Assembly: GCA_963755915.1 (NCBI GenBank)
Contig: CAVWLP010000003.1
Span: forward strand, 160,001 to 224,000
Length of the DNA: 64,000 nt
Direction: 5' to 3'
Source of the DNA: an uncultured Phycisphaerales bacterium
Lineage (GTDB): Bacteria; Planctomycetota; Phycisphaerae; Tepidisphaerales; Tepidisphaeraceae
In this document: one piece after another, positions 42,917-54,498 of the stretch
Layout of the letters: each line of letters opens with the position of its first letter
How positions within the stretch are numbered: the stretch's first letter is position 1
Notes under the pieces: generated by a model
The model's input: the letters and a program-made list of their open reading frames with translations, nothing else
The model's database searches: none
Told to the model about the DNA's origin: nothing
Program-made: the position numbers and the translations under genes

Positions 42917-43921
42917 TCAAACCGCCCCGGCTAGTTGGGCAATCACGACTCCGGTGTTCACGTTCGCATCGAGATATTTCTCCGCCTGCGCGATCGCGTC
43001 GATGGCGGCGCAGGCCCGCTCGGTGGTTTGCGGATTGGTCAGCCGCTGGCGAATCCGCCGGGCGGCGATGCCCAGATAGAGGCCAAGCGCCACGCGCATG
43101 GTGGTGTCCTTGCTGGCAAACTCGTCGCGGTCCAGCACCTTCTGCGTATAGATCTCGGCGCTGCTCCGCAAAGTCTCGGCCAGGTCGCTTCCTTTTCCGG
43201 CCATGGCCGCGTCTACCGCTCCGGCAACCGCCGAGACGGAATCCATCAGCCCCTCTTCGATCCAGCGCAGCGCCACGCCCAGCGAGCCCTCGGCCAGTTC
43301 TGCCGCCTGGGCTGCGGTTGCGGGATTCGATCCGCGCAGCTTCAACTGATTGACGACGAGATCCATCGGCAAGCTCGCGAACTGAAAAATCCGGCACCTG
43401 CTCCGAATCGTCGGCAGCAATTCCCCGGCGTGCGTCGTCAGCAGAATAATCAGCGCCCGACCCGCCGGCTCTTCCAGGGTTTTCAAAAGCGCGTTCTGCG
43501 CCGCGGGCGTCATCAATTCCGCCTGCTCGATCACGAAGACTTTCCCCTTCCCCATGACCGTCTTTCGCCCGGCCGGCTCGGCGACGCTGTGGCGGATGAC
43601 CTGGATGGAAACCTGCGTCGCCTTGCTCGTGCCGCTCTTGTCGTAAACGCGAGCCAGTTCCTTGGTCACCACGTGATAATCCGGATGAGCATTGGCTGCG
43701 ATCGCCCGGCAGCTTTCGCATTTTCCGCAGGCGTCGTCCCTGGTCGGCGTCTGGCAAAGAAAAAACGCCGCCAGCGCCGCCGCCGTCGTTCCCTTGCCGA
43801 TGCCTTGGGGACCGGCAAAGACCAGCCCATGCGCCAGCCGATCCACCGACATCGCCCCGCGAAGATCGGCGATCACCGCATCCTGTCCGAATATATCTTT
43901 CAGCCGGGTCATAAGGCTCAT
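42917..43921 (-). CDS. holB: DNA polymerase III delta' subunit
   Basis: GPQGIGK, CGKCESC, HPD, NALLKTLEEP, TIRSRC; follows tmk. Confidence 0.92.
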   Translation of the reverse strand: MSLMTRLKDIFGQDAVIADLRGAMSVDRLAHGLVFAGPQGIGKGTTAAALAAFFLCQTPTRDDACGKCESCRAIAANAHPDYHVVTKELARVYDKSGTSKATQVSIQVIRHSVAEPAGRKTVMGKGKVFVIEQAELMTPAAQNALLKTLEEPAGRALIILLTTHAGELLPTIRSRCRIFQFASLPMDLVVNQLKLRGSNPATAAQAAELAEGSLGVALRWIEEGLMDSVSAVAGAVDAAMAGKGSDLAETLRSSAEIYTQKVLDRDEFASKDTTMRVALGLYLGIAARRIRQRLTNPQTTERACAAIDAIAQAEKYLDANVNTGVVIAQLAGAV

Positions 43922-44577
43922 TTCAGCGCTGCCAGTAGCTGCATCACGTCCACATGAACTTCCGCCGGCGTTCGGCTTGCATCGACGACGCGATATTTGC
44001 TGCGATGAAGCCGCGATTGCCGCAGGTAATTCTCCCGCACCTTCTCATGGTAATCGCGCGAGCGGAGTTCGATGCGGTCCATCTCCATTCCTGCCTCGGG
44101 GTCGTCCGGGAAGAGCGAAAACTTCGGCCGCACGCGGGCGGCGCTTACTTCCACCGGCAAATCGAGGATGATCGTCAGGTCCGGCCAGCGTTTGTCGATC
44201 GCAATCTGTCCCACCGAGAGAATCTCCGCCTCCGTCAGGCCATCCCCACCGAGCTGATAGGCCAAGGTGCTGGAGATGAACCGGTCGCTGATGACGGCCT
44301 TCCCCGCGTCCAATGCCGGCTGAACGATCTCCTTCATCATCTGGGCCCGGGCCGCCATGTACAAAAGCATCTCGCAGCGCATGGCCATGTCGGTGTTTTC
44401 GGGGTCGAGCAGAACTTTCCGGATGGATTCGCCAATCCGCGTGGTTCCCGGGTCGCGAACGATCAGCGAATCAACGCCCGCCTTCTCAAGCTCCGCCTGC
44501 AGCATCTGTGTCTGCGTGCTTTTGCCGCAACCTTCGTTCCCATCGAACACGATGAATTTTTTGCGGAGATGGTTCAT
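43918..44577 (-). CDS. tmk: thymidylate kinase
   Basis: FDGNEGCGKSTQ, RDPG, SDRFISSTLAYQ, PDLTIILD. Confidence 0.95.
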   Translation of the reverse strand: MNHLRKKFIVFDGNEGCGKSTQTQMLQAELEKAGVDSLIVRDPGTTRIGESIRKVLLDPENTDMAMRCEMLLYMAARAQMMKEIVQPALDAGKAVISDRFISSTLAYQLGGDGLTEAEILSVGQIAIDKRWPDLTIILDLPVEVSAARVRPKFSLFPDDPEAGMEMDRIELRSRDYHEKVRENYLRQSRLHRSKYRVVDASRTPAEVHVDVMQLLAALK

Positions 44578-44641
44578 TCAAGAGGGGCAATGCCCAACGC
44601 ACGCCAAAGGTACACAGGACGCGGCAAAACGCCAGCCATCG

Positions 44642-44974
44642 CTAGGCCCTGTTTCGTGTCCCCTGCTTCTTCTTGTGCAATTTGGCGTTCACCCCCGGCC
44701 ACTTCCCCCCATCACGCTCAAAACTCTCCGCCGCGCGCGCCAGCCCCTCCGGCGTTGAAACATGCCATTTTTTCAGCCGCAGCTTCCCCTTTTCCTTTTC
44801 CGCCCAGATCATCCGCTGCGTCTGCGTAATCCGAAAGAAACCCGGCTGGCCAAGACTTTCGAGCTGATTCATCGCCTCCGTGAGCGTCTTGCCATACCCG
44901 GTGACGTGGCAAACCGTCGTCCAGCCGCGCTTGTTGCCTCGCCATTGCTCAACGGTAAAAAAACCAAACGGCAT
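44642..44974 (-). CDS. hypothetical basic protein
   Basis: GAGG RBS, co-oriented between neighbouring genes. Confidence 0.55.
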   Translation of the reverse strand: MPFGFFTVEQWRGNKRGWTTVCHVTGYGKTLTEAMNQLESLGQPGFFRITQTQRMIWAEKEKGKLRLKKWHVSTPEGLARAAESFERDGGKWPGVNAKLHKKKQGTRNRA

Positions 44975-44990
44975 GAAACCCCGACCTCGC

Positions 44991-45941
44991 CTAATTATTA
45001 TCATCGCTCGCCAGATCGCTAAGCTTCCGCAGAAGCATCTCCATCGCCGAGGGCTGCTGCGGCCGGATCGTCAAATCCCACGCCACGTTCCAGTGCGTCA
45101 CCACCGGTTGGAAACCCATCGCCTCCAGCCGCTTGGTCATGTCGGGCATATGGGCCGCGCCATAGAAAATTGCGAGCTTCTTCTTCCCGCCGGCCAGCGA
45201 GTCAGACAGCACCTGAATCGCAACCTTGTTCCGTTCCGTCACCAGCACACTCCCGCCGGGCCCGTCCAATCCAAAGCTCGAGAAATCCATCTGCGTCAGT
45301 TGCTTCGCCAGAACGAGCTTAATCTGCCGCTCCATGTCCGGGTGGGTGAGGATCGAGATCATGTCGGCCGTCGAATCGTCCACAGCCGCGGTCGGATTGA
45401 TTGGCGGAGGGTCGGTGAGCGATTTCATCAACATCTTCAGAAAGATCATCTCAAACGTCTCGCCGCGCTCTTCCTGGAGCTTTTCAAACGTGTCCTTGTC
45501 CATGTCGGCGTGGACGAAGTTTGGGGCCGTGTAGTCGATGTCATCCAGCTGGAAGTCCAGATCCAGCGAATCCTTCATGAAGCATTGGATCTCGGTGATC
45601 GGGTTATCGCTGTTTTCCGCGTCGCCCGGCGAAGGGGGCGGCGTATCCTGCGATTTGATCAATTCATACAAAACCGCGTCATACCCCTGAAAGTCGCGGT
45701 TCAACCCGTCGTAATACGACTTCTCCCCGATATGAATCGCCCCGACGAGATGCACCGTAGCCCCGGCCGCGTTCTGAAACTCGACATCAGCCGTCTGGAG
45801 CGAGCCACCCCCCTGCCCATCGTCCACAAACCGCATGAACGCCTGTGGAACCACCGGCTGCGTCGCAGGAACGTCGCAAAACGCAACCGAGGCCAGGACA
45901 AGAATCACCAGGGGAACGAATCGAACGGTTCGGCGTAACAT
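44991..45941 (-). CDS. secreted conserved protein (TraB/GumN-like motifs)
   Basis: Signal peptide, ATQP, HLVGAIHIG, VLYE, ERNK, FYGAAHM. Confidence 0.7.
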   Translation of the reverse strand: MLRRTVRFVPLVILVLASVAFCDVPATQPVVPQAFMRFVDDGQGGGSLQTADVEFQNAAGATVHLVGAIHIGEKSYYDGLNRDFQGYDAVLYELIKSQDTPPPSPGDAENSDNPITEIQCFMKDSLDLDFQLDDIDYTAPNFVHADMDKDTFEKLQEERGETFEMIFLKMLMKSLTDPPPINPTAAVDDSTADMISILTHPDMERQIKLVLAKQLTQMDFSSFGLDGPGGSVLVTERNKVAIQVLSDSLAGGKKKLAIFYGAAHMPDMTKRLEAMGFQPVVTHWNVAWDLTIRPQQPSAMEMLLRKLSDLASDDNN

Positions 45942-46123
45942 AATTCGATGCTCCTTGGTCAGGTACCAAAGTATACCCACGCCCCCCACCCAAAGCCCAT
46001 TACAAGTTGGGCGTAATAAATCAACTCACCGATCCGGTCATTTCATTCGGCATTTGGCAATCGGCAATCGGCATTTGCACCCTTCCTTGACCCCCTTTCG
46101 GGATGCTTTTACAGTCACTTGAT

Positions 46124-47296
46124 ATGCAGAATGATGAAATTCACCAGTTGAAGCAGCGCTTCACCCAACTTTTTGGCGAAGGGGGCAAAATACGCGTCGT
46201 ACGCGCCCCCGGCAGGGTGAATCTCATTGGCGAGCATACCGATTATAACGACGGTTTCGTCTTTCCCATGGCCATCGAGCCGGAGATCAGGGTTGTCTTC
46301 CGAGGCCGATCGGATGAGACCATCAAAATCGCCTCCAGCGTTTATTCCAACGAATTTGTCGAATTCTCCCTCCAGAAAAAGATCGAACGCGCCAAGCCCC
46401 CCTGGGGCAACTATGCCCGCGGCGTCGCCGCCGAGCTCATCGGGGCGGGAATCCCCCTCGCGGGGATGGACGCCCTGATTTCCAATTCCCTCCCCGTCGG
46501 CGGCGGGCTTTCCAGCAGCGCCGCCATCGAAGTCGGCGTTGCCAGGGCCCTGCTTCTTCTCGCCGGCCTGGAGATGGACAACAATCGCCTGGCCCTGATC
46601 TGCCAGAAGGCCGAGCACGAATATCCCCAGGTTCCCTGCGGGATCATGGACCAGATGATCGTCGCGTCGGCCCGCGTCGGTCATGCCATGATGCTCGATT
46701 GCCGGGATATCACGAAGCAGTTTGTCCCCATCGACGCCAAGGATTTGCGCGTCCTGATCGCCAACAGCATGGTGAAGCACGTGCTGGGCGACGGCGAATA
46801 TGCCCGCCGGCGAAAGCAGTGCGAGGAAGGCGTCGCCATCCTCAAGCGCAACCAACCCAACATCAAAGCCTTGCGGGATGTCACCCCCGCCCAGGTTGAA
46901 GCCGCCAAGGGGAGCATGAGCGAGGTCGTCTATCGCCGCTGCCGGCACGTGGTCACCGAAAATTTGCGCACAATCGAAATGGCTCAGAAGCTGCTCCTCC
47001 AGCACTACGACAGCGCCGGGGAACTGATGGTCAAGAGCCACAGATCCTTGCGCGATGATTACGAGGTAAGCTGCCCCGAGCTCGATTTCCTGGTCGATGA
47101 GGCGATGACCGTCAAAGGCGTTTACGGCGCGAGAATGACCGGCGGAGGCTTCGGCGGGTGTATTGTCGCCCTCTGCCAGCCCCGCTCCGTCCAAGCCGTC
47201 ACCGAGCATCTCCACAAGACTTACACCGCCAAATTCGACCGCCAGCCCAATGTTTTCGTCACCACGGCCACCGCCGGCGCATCCGTCATCGAATAG
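46124..47296 (+). CDS. galK: galactokinase
   Basis: APGRVNLIGEHTDYN, GGGLSSSAA, CGIMDQ, GARMTGGGFGG. Confidence 0.96.
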   Translation: MQNDEIHQLKQRFTQLFGEGGKIRVVRAPGRVNLIGEHTDYNDGFVFPMAIEPEIRVVFRGRSDETIKIASSVYSNEFVEFSLQKKIERAKPPWGNYARGVAAELIGAGIPLAGMDALISNSLPVGGGLSSSAAIEVGVARALLLLAGLEMDNNRLALICQKAEHEYPQVPCGIMDQMIVASARVGHAMMLDCRDITKQFVPIDAKDLRVLIANSMVKHVLGDGEYARRRKQCEEGVAILKRNQPNIKALRDVTPAQVEAAKGSMSEVVYRRCRHVVTENLRTIEMAQKLLLQHYDSAGELMVKSHRSLRDDYEVSCPELDFLVDEAMTVKGVYGARMTGGGFGGCIVALCQPRSVQAVTEHLHKTYTAKFDRQPNVFVTTATAGASVIE

Positions 47297-47309
47297 CGGC
47301 CATCAACCC

Positions 47310-48330
47310 ATGTCCGCTTTTCGCGACATCCTCCTGAAACTCTGCCGTCGCGAAGACCTCAACCGCGACGAGGCCGTTGAGGCTTTCCAGCACATCATGT
47401 CGGGTCAAGCCGCCGAGGCGGAAATCGGCGGGTTGCTGGTCGGGCTGGCCTCCAAGGGCACGACCGTCGATGAACTCGTCGGCGCGGCCACGGTGCTTCG
47501 CGCCAATCTCATCCCCATCGATACCACCGGCATCGACATCGTCCTGGACACCTGCGGCACCGGCGGTGACATCCGCCACACCTTCAACATCTCCACCGCC
47601 GCCGCCCTTATCGCCGCCGGCGCGGGTGTTAAGGTCGTGAAGCATGGCAATCGCTCCGCCTCCGGCCGCTGCGGCGCCGCCGACGTGCTGGAAAAAATGG
47701 GGCTCAACCTCGAAACTTCCCCCGAAGACCTCCGCCGATGCCTCGATCGCGCCAATATCTGTTTCGCCTTCGCCCGCGCCCATCATCCCGTGCTGAAGCA
47801 TGTCGGCCAGGCACGCAAAAGCCTCGGCATCCCGACAATTTTCAACCTCCTCGGCATCTCAACAATCCCGGCCGAGCCACACACCAGCTCCTCGGCGTCT
47901 TCGCGCCGGAGCTGACCGATCGCCTCACCGCCGTCCTGCGCGAACTCGGCAGCGTCCGCGCCTGGGTCGTTCATTCCGAAGACGGCCTCGATGAAATCTC
48001 CACCATCGCTCCGACGCGGATCAGCGCACTGATGCCGGGAAAGCATATCCATTCCTGGACACTCGACCCGAAGGACTTTGACATCCCCTACGCCCGTCTT
48101 CCCGATCTCCAGGTCTCCACCATGGACGAAGCTGAGAACGCCCTAAAATCCGTCCTCCAAAACCAGCCCGGCCCCAAGCGCGACATCGCCCTTCTCAATG
48201 CCGCCGCCGCACTTGTGGTGGCCGAACGCGCCGCCGACATCAAAGAAGGCCTCGAAATCGCCCAAAAATCGCTGGAAACAGGCAGCGCCAAAACGCCCTG
48301 CAAGTCCTTATCTATCAATCCAAAGCCTAA
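47310..48330 (+). CDS. trpD: anthranilate phosphoribosyltransferase (frameshifts near 47860 and 48290)
   Basis: DTCGTGGD, FNIST, KHGNRS, TIFNLLG, QLLGV, DGLDE. Confidence 0.93.
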
Positions 48331-48378
48331 ATCCCCCTTTTTGTGCCAACCCGTCAGAATTGGCGTACAATACTCCAT

Positions 48379-49916
48379 ATGAACCGCGCGATTTTACTGG
48401 CCCTGGTCGGTGCAATCGCTCTCTTGGGATCATCCCTGACCGCCAGAGCCGACTCGCCCACCACCGCCCCCTCCCCCTCCCAAAAAACCGTCGTCATCAC
48501 CCTTTCCGGCGAAGTCAACGACTACGGCCGCGATGAACTCATGCGAAAGTTCGACCAGGCCCGAAAACTCGGCGCCACCGTCGTCATCCTCAACATCGAC
48601 ACCTACGGCGGCCTGCTTACCAGCGGCCTGGATATCTCGCGATTCATCAAGCGCCAGGACGACCTCCACGTCGTCGCCTACGTGCAGGACAAAGCCATTT
48701 CCGCCGGTGCGATGATCGCCATGGCTTGCGACGAAATCGTCATGAGCGATTCCGCCTCGCTGGGCGATTGCGCCCGATCATTTTCGGACCGGAAGGCCTG
48801 GAGAACATGGCTCCCGCCGAGCGCGCCAAAGCCGTTGGCCCTGTACTCACTGATTTCAACGAAAGCGCCGTCCGCAATCATCACGACCCCCTTCTTGCCG
48901 CGGCCATGGTCGATGTCGCCCACGCCGTCTACTGGATCCAAAACGACAAGGGCGAGCGAAAGTTTGTCGATCAGAAGGATTACGATACGCTGATCGCGAC
49001 GAAAAAATGGACCGACGTTCCCGGCGCTCAGGTTCCCATCGTCGCCGCCGACGCGCTGCTCACCGTCGATAGCGATCAGGCCGTTCATTACGGCCTGGCA
49101 ACCGCGAAATTCACTTCCATCGACGCCCTCGCCCAGGCCCGCAATTACAACGTCGTCGCCGACCTCACCCCCGGCTTCGGCGAAGAAGCCGTCGAATTCC
49201 TCGGCGGAGCCGTGATGCGCGGAATCCTCATCATCGTTTTCCTCCAGTGCCTGTATATTGTCATTCACGCTCCGGGTCACGGCGTAGCCGAGGTCCTGGG
49301 CCTCATCGCCCTGGTCCTCATGCTCGGCGTGCCGCTGCTCACTGGCTACGCCCAGTGGTGGGAAATCCTCGTCATCTTCCTCGGCCTGGTCCTGGTCTCC
49401 CTCGAAATCATCCTCCCCGGCCACATTTTTCCCGGCGTCACCGGGGCGATCCTCGTCCTCTTTGGCCTGGTCATGACCTTCGTCCCCGCCGGGTTCAATG
49501 GGCCCACCTTCCTCCCCTCGCGCGATGTCCTGCCCCTGGTTGAAAAAGGCCTGGTTGTGGTCGCCAGCTCGATGGCGATCTCCGTCCTCCTCTGGTTCTG
49601 GCTCGGCAATTATCTGCCCAAAGTGCCGATCCTCAATCGCCTCATCCTCACCGCCACTTCCGGAAACGCCCCGATGACCGCCGCGTCCGGCAACGGCGCC
49701 AGAGCGGCCGGAATCGACCGCTGGCCTCCCCCCGGCGCCGTCGGCAAAGCCCTCTGCGAACTCCGCCCCGGCGGCCGCGCCGAATTCTTCGACCCCGCCA
49801 CCGCGGACAAACGCATCGCCTTCGTCGTCAGCGAATCCGGCTACGTCGAAGCCGGCAGCGAAATCGTCGTCCGCGAAGTCTCCGGCCCCAGCGTCGTCGT
49901 CCGTAAACGCGAATAG
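48379..49916 (+). CDS. nfeD: long-form NfeD membrane serine protease (frameshift near 48775)
   Basis: IDTYGG, AISAGAMIAMACD, TM block with LEI..PG, C-terminal LRPGG OB fold. Confidence 0.85.
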
Positions 49917-49981
49917 CCGGTGGATTGCTTCCAACCGCCCCCACCCTTACTCTCAACGCCGGTTAGATTCCGTCCAATCGC

Positions 49982-51203
49982 ATGGCCCTCGAACTTTCCC
50001 TGTTCGCCCTCTACCTCTTGGCCGGTCCGATTTTCTGGATTCTTTTTGCCATCGGCTCTGCTTCCAGCCGCCGGCGGATGATGCTCGTCTCCAAAACGGT
50101 CGCCCCGCTCCCGGACCCCCCACCCGCGGCAACGATCATCGTTCCCGCAAAGGACGAGGAAGGTCGCATCGCCCAATGCCTCGCTTCCGCTCTCGCGCAG
50201 GACTATCCCGATTTCCGCCTTCTCGCCGTCGACGATCGCAGCAAAGACGGCACCGGCAAAATCATGGACGAACTCGCCGCCGGCGACCCGCGCATGAGCG
50301 TCCTGCACATCGCCGATCTCCCCCCGGGCTGGACCGGAAAAAATCACGCCCTGCACAGTGCCGTGCAACAGGTCAAAACACCCTGGCTTCTTTTCATTGA
50401 TTCCGACGTCATCCTCCAGCCAGTTGCCCTCTCGCGGACTTTGCGATCCGCCGTCGGAAGACGCTACGACATGCTCAGCCTCATCCTCAAAAGCGAAACC
50501 CTCGGTTTCTGGGAAGACGTGCTGGTCCCCCTCGCCTCCACTGCCTTCGGCTCGGTTTACATGATGGGCCTGAGCAACTCCGAATCCAACAACTATTTCT
50601 TCGGCAACGGCCAGTTCATGCTCTTCCGCCGCGATATCTACGACCGCATCGGCGGCCACGAAGCCGTCAAGTCGCAATACAACGAAGACATGGCCCTGGC
50701 CCGCATCATGAAACTCTCCGGCCTGCGCCGCGCATCTTCTGGGGCACCCACCTCGGCTCCGTGCGTATGTACGACTCCCTCGCCACCATCATGCGCGGCT
50801 GGAGCCGGATCTTCTTCGGCTCCAGCAGCGGATCGCCCTGGCGAATCCTGGCACTCATCGCCTTCATCATCTTCAGCTGCTTCTCCTCGGGCGCTCCGGC
50901 GCCTGGGGCCTCTACCGCATCTTCCATCCTACGCCATTTCCCAGCGCAATCGGCTGGCTATCCGCCGCCGCCGTCCACTTCGCCCTTATGTTCACCCTCA
51001 TCGCCATCACCTACCGCTGGATGGGCAACCGCGCCCTTTATGCGGCGACCTTCTTCATCTCCATCTGGTTTCTCCTGGCCGTCCTCGTCCGCGCCATGTG
51101 GATGTGCCTCACTCGCCGCGTCGATTGGCGCAGAACGAGCTATTCGCATGCGATCGACGCCTCTGTCCCCCTCTCCCGGTACCCCGGGAGAGGGCCGGGG
51201 TGA
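49982..51203 (+). CDS. membrane GT2 glycosyltransferase (HpnB/CrtQ-like); about 2 frameshifts
   Basis: IIVPAKDE, DDRSKDGT, GWTGKNHAL, FIDSD, NGQFMLF, EDMALA, RMY. Confidence 0.85.
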
Positions 51204-51369
51204 GGGCCAGATAAAATCTGACGACCGAAAGGCTCGAAGTCTTCGCCGCGCATTTCATTTGGCAATCGGACTTCGGTGAGCTTAGTCGAACCGCATTCGG
51301 CATTCCCCCAAACTCGCAACCAACCTCCGAAACCCCTAAAATATCGTTCCCTCAACAAGGAACCCTCAC

Positions 51370-52419
51370 ATGCTCACATTTCTAGCTGACGACAACTCTT
51401 CTTCCGGGCCTCAGATGCTCTGGATCATCGTGGCCATCGTCGTCATCATCGTCTGCCTGGTCTTCCTGGCGCTGATTGCGAATTTTCTGGGCCTCTATAT
51501 TCGCGCCCGCGTCAGCGGCGCTCGCGTCGGCTGGCTGGAGCTGATGGGGATGCGGCTGCGGAAAGTGAACGCCCTGGTCATCGTCAACAGCCGAATCCAG
51601 GCCGCCCGCGCCGGGCTGCCCATCAGCCAGCCGGAAATGGAAAGCCATATGCTCGCCGGCGGCGACGTGCAGCGCGTCATCCGCGCCATGATCGCCGCCA
51701 ACAAGGCGGCCATCGATCTTCCCTGGCAGACCGCCACGGCGATCGACCTTGCCGGCCGCGATATCCTTGAAGCCGTGCAGACGAGCGTGAATCCCAAGGT
51801 CATCGACGTTCCCAATCCGCAGTTCGGCCAGCCGACGATCGACGGCGTCTCCAAGGATGGAATTCAGCTTAAGGTGAAAGCCCGCGTCACCGTCCGCACC
51901 AACATCCGTTCTCTCGTCGGCGGAGCGACCGAGGAAACGGTTGTCGCCCGCGTGGGGGAGGGAATCGTCAACGCCATCGGCTCTGCCGCGGATTACAAGC
52001 ATGTGCTGGAGAATCCGGACAACATCTCCAAGGCCGTGCTCGGCAAAGGCCTCGACGCCAACACGGCGTTTGAAATCCTCTCGATCGACATTGCCGAGAT
52101 CACCGTCGGCGAAAACATCGGCGCGAAGCTGGCGGCCGATCGGGCCGAGTCGGACAAACGCCGCTTCCAGGCCGAGGCCGAGCAGCGGCGCGCGATGGCC
52201 GTCGCGCAGGAGCAGGAGAACGTCGCCAACCAGGCGGCCAACCGCGCCATCGTCGTCCTGGCGGAAGCGGAAATCCCCAAGGCGATGGCCGACGCCCTGC
52301 GCAGCGGGCATATCGGCGTGATGGACTATTACAAGCTGAAGAACATTCAATCGGATACGTCGATGCGCGAAGCGATCGCTAAGCCCGGCGATCAGCAGGC
52401 GAAGCCACAGGGCTCTTGA
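51370..52419 (+). CDS. floA: flotillin-like protein FloA (UPF0365/YqfA)
   Basis: [45 protein letters not shown]. Confidence 0.93.
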   Translation: MLTFLADDNSSSGPQMLWIIVAIVVIIVCLVFLALIANFLGLYIRARVSGARVGWLELMGMRLRKVNALVIVNSRIQAARAGLPISQPEMESHMLAGGDVQRVIRAMIAANKAAIDLPWQTATAIDLAGRDILEAVQTSVNPKVIDVPNPQFGQPTIDGVSKDGIQLKVKARVTVRTNIRSLVGGATEETVVARVGEGIVNAIGSAADYKHVLENPDNISKAVLGKGLDANTAFEILSIDIAEITVGENIGAKLAADRAESDKRRFQAEAEQRRAMAVAQEQENVANQAANRAIVVLAEAEIPKAMADALRSGHIGVMDYYKLKNIQSDTSMREAIAKPGDQQAKPQGS

Positions 52420-52420
52420 T

Positions 52421-52889
52421 ATGGACCTGATCGAACTGATTGTCCGCGCACTGATCGCCCTGTTCTCTGGGGGGGACCAACAGAGTCAGACGCCTACTCC
52501 GCCCGCCGCCCAGAACTCCTCCGCAAGCTCGCCGGCCCGGCGGAGGTCCGATGAATCGCCAAACTCAATATCCCCAGCGTCCGCCGGCCACGGGTCGTGG
52601 ACCCCAGCGCGGCGCTCCATCGCGCGGCGTGCCACAGCACGGCGCACCAACGCGTGGCGGACCACCGCGCGGCATGCCTCCGATTCCGCTACCTGCCGCC
52701 CCACCGCTGCCGGCAAGATCCGTGGCACAAAAACCGCAGGCCGCCGCGACTGTCGCCGCAGCTCCCCCACCTGCGATCACCGCAGCCGCCATCCGGCAGC
52801 TTCTTCTCTCGCGCCGGTCGGCGCTGCGGACGGTTTATGTGCTTTCTGAAGTTGTTGGTCCGCCGCTGGCTTTGCGGGAATCGGATTGA
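52421..52889 (+). CDS. YqfB-like Pro-rich protein (one frameshift)
   Basis: Follows floA; ends VLSEVVGPPLALR. Confidence 0.6.
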
Positions 52890-52893
52890 AGAT

Positions 52894-52926
52894 TTTTTAA
52901 CCGCGAAGGTCGCGAAGAGCGCGAAG
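52894..52926 (+). repeat. family G inverted-repeat arm (partner 54787-54818; second pair 59105-59133 / 59299-59382)
   Basis: tttttaaccgcgaaggtcgcgaagagcgcgaag vs reverse complement tttttaaccgccaagacgcgaagagcgcgaag. Confidence 0.75.
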
Positions 52927-53156
52927 GGGATTTTTTTTGGGTGCCGCGGACATCGGTACAAAAGGTAACAGTCCGCAACAAGCTGGGTAATTTGGGTAGG
53001 CCAGATAAGACAAAATCGCGATTTTTGCCATATTATGCCATCGTATGAAGGCTTATGTGGTCGCAATTCCGGCCGCCCCATCGCTGAACCCTAATCCCGC
53101 CAGTTCTGAGCAATGGAGCTTGTGAGCTTACGTCCAGGTTCCACCGCTCATAATAT

Positions 53157-53762
53157 TCAAGTGGCTTTGGCAGGACCGCACACGAGGGCAACAATGTGCT
53201 CTAGATGCTTGGGGAAGTTAGCAACCCAATCGTCGATTTCTCTTTGCAGCTTGGCCACCGTCTTTGTATCACCAAACGCCGTGGCTATCGCGATGCAACT
53301 AAGCAACGCAAAGATTCGCACCGTTGCGGTGAGCGCGGCAACATCCGCCACTGTCACCTTACTTACCACAAGATGTTCGATCATACGACGGGCCAAATGA
53401 AATTCACGCGCTTCGGGTGCCACCTTAAAAAACTCTTGCACAATGTCGCAGATTTTCGGGAGCTCCGTTCCACCAACCTGCGCCCAAAATAGATCGCAAA
53501 AGTTCTGTGATTCGGAGACTGGAAGATAATTGTGGTCGCCGGCGAATCCGGAAACGCTACCGAGTTGAAACGCCTTCAGCAGCAATTCGACGTCGCTCGG
53601 TAGTTCGGGAGCCAGTTCCATTTGCGCATCGCGAAGGATCACGCAAAAGTCGACGAACCATCCCCTTCGAGCATTTTCAAAGCCCACGGCGATGCACTGG
53701 GAAATGTCACCCCACTCCTCGCGCTTGGGGTAACGCTTGAATAAGTTGTGCAGAAATCCCAC
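53157..53762 (-). CDS. hypothetical protein
   Basis: 201-aa ORF, AAGGA RBS, last of three tightly packed genes. Confidence 0.55.
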   Translation of the reverse strand: MGFLHNLFKRYPKREEWGDISQCIAVGFENARRGWFVDFCVILRDAQMELAPELPSDVELLLKAFQLGSVSGFAGDHNYLPVSESQNFCDLFWAQVGGTELPKICDIVQEFFKVAPEAREFHLARRMIEHLVVSKVTVADVAALTATVRIFALLSCIAIATAFGDTKTVAKLQREIDDWVANFPKHLEHIVALVCGPAKAT

Positions 53763-53771
53763 GACGTGTCC

Positions 53772-54032
53772 TTATTTTGGCGGCAGACCAAGGTTCTTTC
53801 GTGCAAGTGCCTCCAAACGCGCGTCAAAGGGTTTCCTAAATGCGTCGTCAGCGGCAATCGCCGAATTCAGATTTTCGTTTGCCAAGTCCACCGCAGCCCT
53901 CGACTCCGCGCTTTCTTCTGCCGTGTTGCGAAGGTACGCCCGCGTCACGGTATCTTTGGCCGCTTCGACCTTGGCGTTCGATTCGTCGAGCGCTTTTAGT
54001 TCGGCCGGTGTAAGAATATCTGAAAGTTCCAT
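53772..54032 (-). CDS. hypothetical helical protein
   Basis: 86 aa, Ala/Glu rich. Confidence 0.55.
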   Translation of the reverse strand: MELSDILTPAELKALDESNAKVEAAKDTVTRAYLRNTAEESAESRAAVDLANENLNSAIAADDAFRKPFDARLEALARKNLGLPPK

Positions 54033-54050
54033 ATTTCTTCGTCCATGAGC

Positions 54051-54383
54051 TCAGGCCGCGTCGTCGATCTTCAGCTCGCTCGTGCTAAATCGCACGATCA
54101 AGAATTTGGCCGGGCGGGAAAATTCCCACCGCTTCTCTACCGCGAAAACGGCAATCTGCTCGAAGTCGCCGGACACGAGTTGCCGAAATCGATCTGTATC
54201 GAGAGGGCGCATCTCCTCTATCGAGAAAGGTTCGCTAACACGTAACTTGTAAACTGCGCCCGTCGCTTCGGAACGGAGGAAAATCTCGTAAGTATCGCCC
54301 CTGCGCCCCGTGGCGACCGTCTGGAAATTTTGAACCTTGGGCGAGAGGATTCTCGTTGGTGGTAATGGTCGTCTGTCGCTCAT
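54051..54383 (-). CDS. hypothetical protein
   Basis: 110 aa, GGAGG RBS. Confidence 0.55.
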   Translation of the reverse strand: MSDRRPLPPTRILSPKVQNFQTVATGRRGDTYEIFLRSEATGAVYKLRVSEPFSIEEMRPLDTDRFRQLVSGDFEQIAVFAVEKRWEFSRPAKFLIVRFSTSELKIDDAA

Positions 54384-54498
54384 GGTCCATCCTCCGTTGC
54401 TAATTGCCGGGAGTATGTGGGGAATCCCCTTCGGTCTATCGCCGCTGTGGGATATTCCCTTTAATCCCCAATCGTAATTTTATTTGTTATCACCAATG

